Shown: positions 60,789 to 64,000 of the stretch, piece after piece
How the letters are laid out: every line of letters starts with the position of its first letter
How positions within the stretch are numbered: position 1 is the first letter of the stretch
Assembly: GCA_043824255.1 (NCBI GenBank)
Contig: JBDRTG010000029.1
Coordinates: forward strand, 9,538 to 73,537
Origin: a bacterium
Lineage (GTDB): Bacteria > JAHJDO01
Length of the DNA: 64,000 bases
Direction: 5' to 3'
Program-made: the position numbers and the translations under genes
Notes under the pieces: model-generated
Databases searched by the model: none
What the model was told of the DNA's origin: nothing
What the model saw: the letters and a program-made list of their open reading frames with translations, nothing else

Positions 60789-62147
60789 ATGCCAGTCGCA
60801 AAAATTTTAGTTGTAGATGATGAATCAGATATCGTCCACGCTGTTAATCTAAGACTTGAGAACTTGGGTTATGAAGTAGACACTGCTAGCTCAGGTTTTA
60901 CAGCTCTGGAGAAAATAGCTTTAAACAAATATGATGTTGTTCTTTTGGATTTAGCGATGCCTATCATAGATGGTGTAGAAACTTTTAAGAGAATAAAAAA
61001 TATTGATGAAAAACTACCTGTGATATTTATGACCGCTTACGGAGACAGCAAATTAGCGGAAGCAGCTAAAAAATGGGAGCCGTCCGGGTATATTACCAAA
61101 CCTTTTGATAAAGAAAAGCTAAAAGACTGCGTAGAAAGAGCTTTGTTATCCCGCGGTTTCTCTTCCGCTCCCCTAAGAAAGCATATCCAGAAGAAATATG
61201 GATTCAGAGAGATTATAGGAAAATCTTCAAGTATACGGCAAACATTTAAATCCATTGAAAAAGTTAAAGATAATGATGTTACTGTCCTCATTCATGGCGA
61301 ATCAGGCACAGGCAAAGAACTGGTTGCCAGGGCTATTCACTTCAATGGCGTCCGTAAAGAGGGTCCTTTTATCTCTATAAACTGTTCAGCTATACCAGAG
61401 ACTTTGCTGGAATCAGAGCTTTTTGGTTTTGAAAAAGGTTCTTTTACCGATGCTAAAATGCGAAAATTGGGTAAATTTGAGCTGGCGCATAAAGGCTCGC
61501 TATTCCTGGATGAGATTGGAGAAATGTCCGCATCTCTGCAGGTAAAAATATTAAGGGTCATGGAAGAGAAAGAGTTTATGAGAATAGGAGGCAAAGAAAA
61601 GATAAATGTAGATGTTCGAATTATAGCCGCTACCAATAAAGACCTGGACAAAGAGGTTCAAAACGGAAATTTCAGGGAAGATTTATACTACCGGATAAAT
61701 GTTTTCCCAATATATCTTCATCCTTTAAGAGAAAGAAAAGAAGACATACCTCTACTTATTCAACACATTGTGGACAGGCTTAATAGTTATAATCACCATA
61801 AAATTAAACACATTCTTCCTGAGACTGTGCAGCTGCTTACCCATTATAGCTGGAGAGGAAATGTCAGAGAACTAGAGAATGTTATTGAAAGGGCTATGAT
61901 TCTCTCTGATGGTGATACATTAAAACCGGAATATCTCCCCGCTTGCATAAATATAAGAAAAGAAAACATTTCTTCCCTTTACTTAAATTTGTCAGATGCG
62001 GACATCCCTTCACTGGAAGAGATAGAGAAAGAAGCGATTTCTAAAATTCTGTCTCTGACTAAAGGGAATATTTCTCAAGCAGCCGAGAAACTTAAAATTG
62101 GCAGAACAACATTTTATCGAAAAGCCAGAAAGCACGGAATAATGTAG
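60789..62147 (+). CDS. Sigma54-dependent response regulator (PilR/NtrC family)
   Basis: REC + GESGTGKE + GSFTDA + Fis-type HTH. Confidence 0.9.
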   Translation: MPVAKILVVDDESDIVHAVNLRLENLGYEVDTASSGFTALEKIALNKYDVVLLDLAMPIIDGVETFKRIKNIDEKLPVIFMTAYGDSKLAEAAKKWEPSGYITKPFDKEKLKDCVERALLSRGFSSAPLRKHIQKKYGFREIIGKSSSIRQTFKSIEKVKDNDVTVLIHGESGTGKELVARAIHFNGVRKEGPFISINCSAIPETLLESELFGFEKGSFTDAKMRKLGKFELAHKGSLFLDEIGEMSASLQVKILRVMEEKEFMRIGGKEKINVDVRIIAATNKDLDKEVQNGNFREDLYYRINVFPIYLHPLRERKEDIPLLIQHIVDRLNSYNHHKIKHILPETVQLLTHYSWRGNVRELENVIERAMILSDGDTLKPEYLPACINIRKENISSLYLNLSDADIPSLEEIEKEAISKILSLTKGNISQAAEKLKIGRTTFYRKARKHGIM

Positions 62148-62155
62148 GGAGTAAG

Positions 62156-63367
62156 ATGCCGACTTATCAATACAGAGCCAGAAATAAAGAAGGTGCGATT
62201 GTCACAGGCAGATTAGATGCAGATAGTGAGCCTCAGGTTATAGCTCAACTGGAAGCTCTGGGAAATCTTCCTATTACAGTATCCCTTGTTAAGAAAAAAG
62301 AAGGACCAAAATTAAAATTTTCATTAGGAGGAAAGATAGGGGGGAAAACTCTGGTGATCTTTACTCGGCAGCTTGCCACTATGATCCGCGCTGGAGTGCC
62401 TATTATTGCGTGTCTTAACACCTTGATAGCAGAATCGGAAAATGAAAAATTTAAAGAGATCTTAAGAGAAATAAATATGGATATTCAGGAGGGGAGCCCT
62501 TTTTCAAGAGCTCTTTCCCTGCATCCAAAGGTTTTTACCAAGCTGTATATAAACACAGTCCTCTCAGGGGAGGCAGGGGGCACGTTAGACGTGTCCCTTA
62601 GCAGACTGGCTAGCTTACTAGAGCATGAGAGCGAAATCCAGGCAAATATAAAAGCAGCTACCAGATATCCTATTATAGTAATAGTCGGAATAACTATAGC
62701 CTTCTTTGTTCTGGTTACTACGGTTGTCCCTAAGTTTGCAAGTGTTTTCGCAGCTTCTAAAGTAGCCCTGCCTCTACCTACTCGGATTTTGATAGGTATA
62801 GATTACGGTATCCGGCACTATTGGTTCTATATTGTCCCATCTATTCTCTTTTTGGCATTCGGCCTCTGGAAATACATCCAGACAGAACGAGGAAGGTATC
62901 AGTGGGACTGGATCAAGCTTAAACTTCCTATCTTCGGGCCCCTTTCCACCAAGACTGCTGCGTCCAGATTCGCCCAGACGCTGGCTACCTTAAACAGGTC
63001 CGGACTGCCTATCCTTAAAACTCTGGATATAGTAGGAACAACTGTGGGAAATGTTGTTATAGCTAAAGAAATAAATAAGTTAAGCGCTTCAGTTACGGAA
63101 GGAAAAGGAATTGCTGAGCCGCTTCTAGAAGGCAAGTTTTTTCCGCCTCTTGTTTCTCATATGGTAGCTATAGGCGAGCGGTCCGGGCATCTTGACGAAA
63201 TGCTGGATTCTCTCCAGCAGCATTATGATATGGAGATCAACGCTATGGTAAAAAACTTAACCACTCTGATTGAACCCATACTCACTGTTGCTCTTGGTGT
63301 CATAGTTTTGTTTATAGCTCTGGGAATATTCCTGCCTATGTGGGATTTGGCGAGCGCTGTGAAATGA
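62156..63367 (+). CDS. pilC: Pilus platform protein (PilC/MshG/GspF)
   Basis: FTRQLATM, GEAGG.L, GERSG.L, LIEP. Confidence 0.92.
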   Translation: MPTYQYRARNKEGAIVTGRLDADSEPQVIAQLEALGNLPITVSLVKKKEGPKLKFSLGGKIGGKTLVIFTRQLATMIRAGVPIIACLNTLIAESENEKFKEILREINMDIQEGSPFSRALSLHPKVFTKLYINTVLSGEAGGTLDVSLSRLASLLEHESEIQANIKAATRYPIIVIVGITIAFFVLVTTVVPKFASVFAASKVALPLPTRILIGIDYGIRHYWFYIVPSILFLAFGLWKYIQTERGRYQWDWIKLKLPIFGPLSTKTAASRFAQTLATLNRSGLPILKTLDIVGTTVGNVVIAKEINKLSASVTEGKGIAEPLLEGKFFPPLVSHMVAIGERSGHLDEMLDSLQQHYDMEINAMVKNLTTLIEPILTVALGVIVLFIALGIFLPMWDLASAVK

Positions 63368-63485
63368 GGATAGGGAAATGGGCTGTCCCATATTAGAACA
63401 GGTTCTTATTTTTACTGTTTCAGATAGGAATAGAAGATAAAATATCTGATTCATAGATAGGTTTGCGGAAAGCGAATGTGTAAAA

Positions 63486-63502
63486 TTGGCACAAATTTTG
63501 CT
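63486..63502 (+). promoter_or_regulatory. Sigma54 promoter of the major pilin gene
   Basis: TTGGCACAAATTTTGCT, GG-N10-GC. Confidence 0.82.
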
Positions 63503-63589
63503 CCTAATATAATCAGGGTGCAAAATGCAAAAAAAACTTGACATAGTAAAAATGGATGTGATAGCATCCCCAAAAGAGGAGGTGAGAAC

Positions 63590-63997
63590 ATGTTAAAGAA
63601 AACGCTTAGAGCATACAAAGGATTTACACTGATTGAGCTTGTGATGGTAATAGTGATCATCGGAATATTGGCAGCGGTAGCTATCCCTAAATATGTTGCC
63701 TTGCAGACAGATGCTAGGAATGCTGCGGAACAGGGAACAGTTGGAGGCGTAAGAGCAGGAATTGGTGTCTGGCATGCTGAGAACTTAGTAGCTGGAAATA
63801 CCGGAGATGATACTTGGCCAGCAGCTTTAGATAGTGCTGGTGTTGGTTCTGCTGCTGGTACGGGTAATAAGTTTTTTACTGAAGTCTTATCTACCCCAAT
63901 CACTGATTCCAGGTGGAGTAAACCTAGTACTACGACGTATACAGGACCTAATGGAATTACATTTACTTACACTAATTCTACAGGATCTTTTGAATAA
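63590..63997 (+). CDS. Probable major type IV pilin (MshA-like)
   Basis: KGFTLIELVMVIVIIGILAAVAIPKY; RBS GGAGGTG. Confidence 0.9.
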   Translation: MLKKTLRAYKGFTLIELVMVIVIIGILAAVAIPKYVALQTDARNAAEQGTVGGVRAGIGVWHAENLVAGNTGDDTWPAALDSAGVGSAAGTGNKFFTEVLSTPITDSRWSKPSTTTYTGPNGITFTYTNSTGSFE

Positions 63998-64000
63998 TAA

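Noticed and set aside
193..63903. Numerous 60-160 aa antisense or alternate-frame ORFs
   Set aside because: They lie inside well-supported genes and have no recognisable motifs; treated as shadow ORFs.
1..64000. tRNA, rRNA or riboswitch (including a glmS ribozyme)
   Set aside because: None recognisable by eye; glmS has only a 9 bp upstream gap. A tRNAscan/Infernal run is needed to exclude them formally.

Overview
Bacterial chromosomal window from an AT-rich, probably diderm organism (it has a secretin and a predicted beta-barrel protein); taxonomy cannot be fixed from sequence alone. It has four parts. (1) 1-11.3 kb: end of the pst/phoU operon, followed by a transposon-scarred region containing an intact 4.9 kb Tn3-family element (tyrosine-recombinase-like gene + tnpA + serine resolvase, 53 bp perfect IRs) and a truncated ABC/TPR module. 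(2) 11.6-36.6 kb: a NifA-like GAF/sigma54 activator and a sigma54 promoter in front of a 23 kb, 19-gene co-directional run. The run is grouped by substrate rather than by pathway: glnA, nadE, a 5-gene split glutamate synthase, carA-murI-carB, purF, pyrG, guaA, purSQL, hisHF and glmS. This is the most striking feature. (3) 36.6-40.4 kb: island after glmS with an internally deleted Tn3-like element, an AbiE-type toxin-antitoxin pair, a beta-barrel-like protein and stacked transposon ends. (4) 40.4-64 kb: divergent MSHA-like type IV pilus locus with PilZ, GGDEF and two-component genes, cargo genes flanked by duplicated host sequence, and heptamer-repeat insertions.
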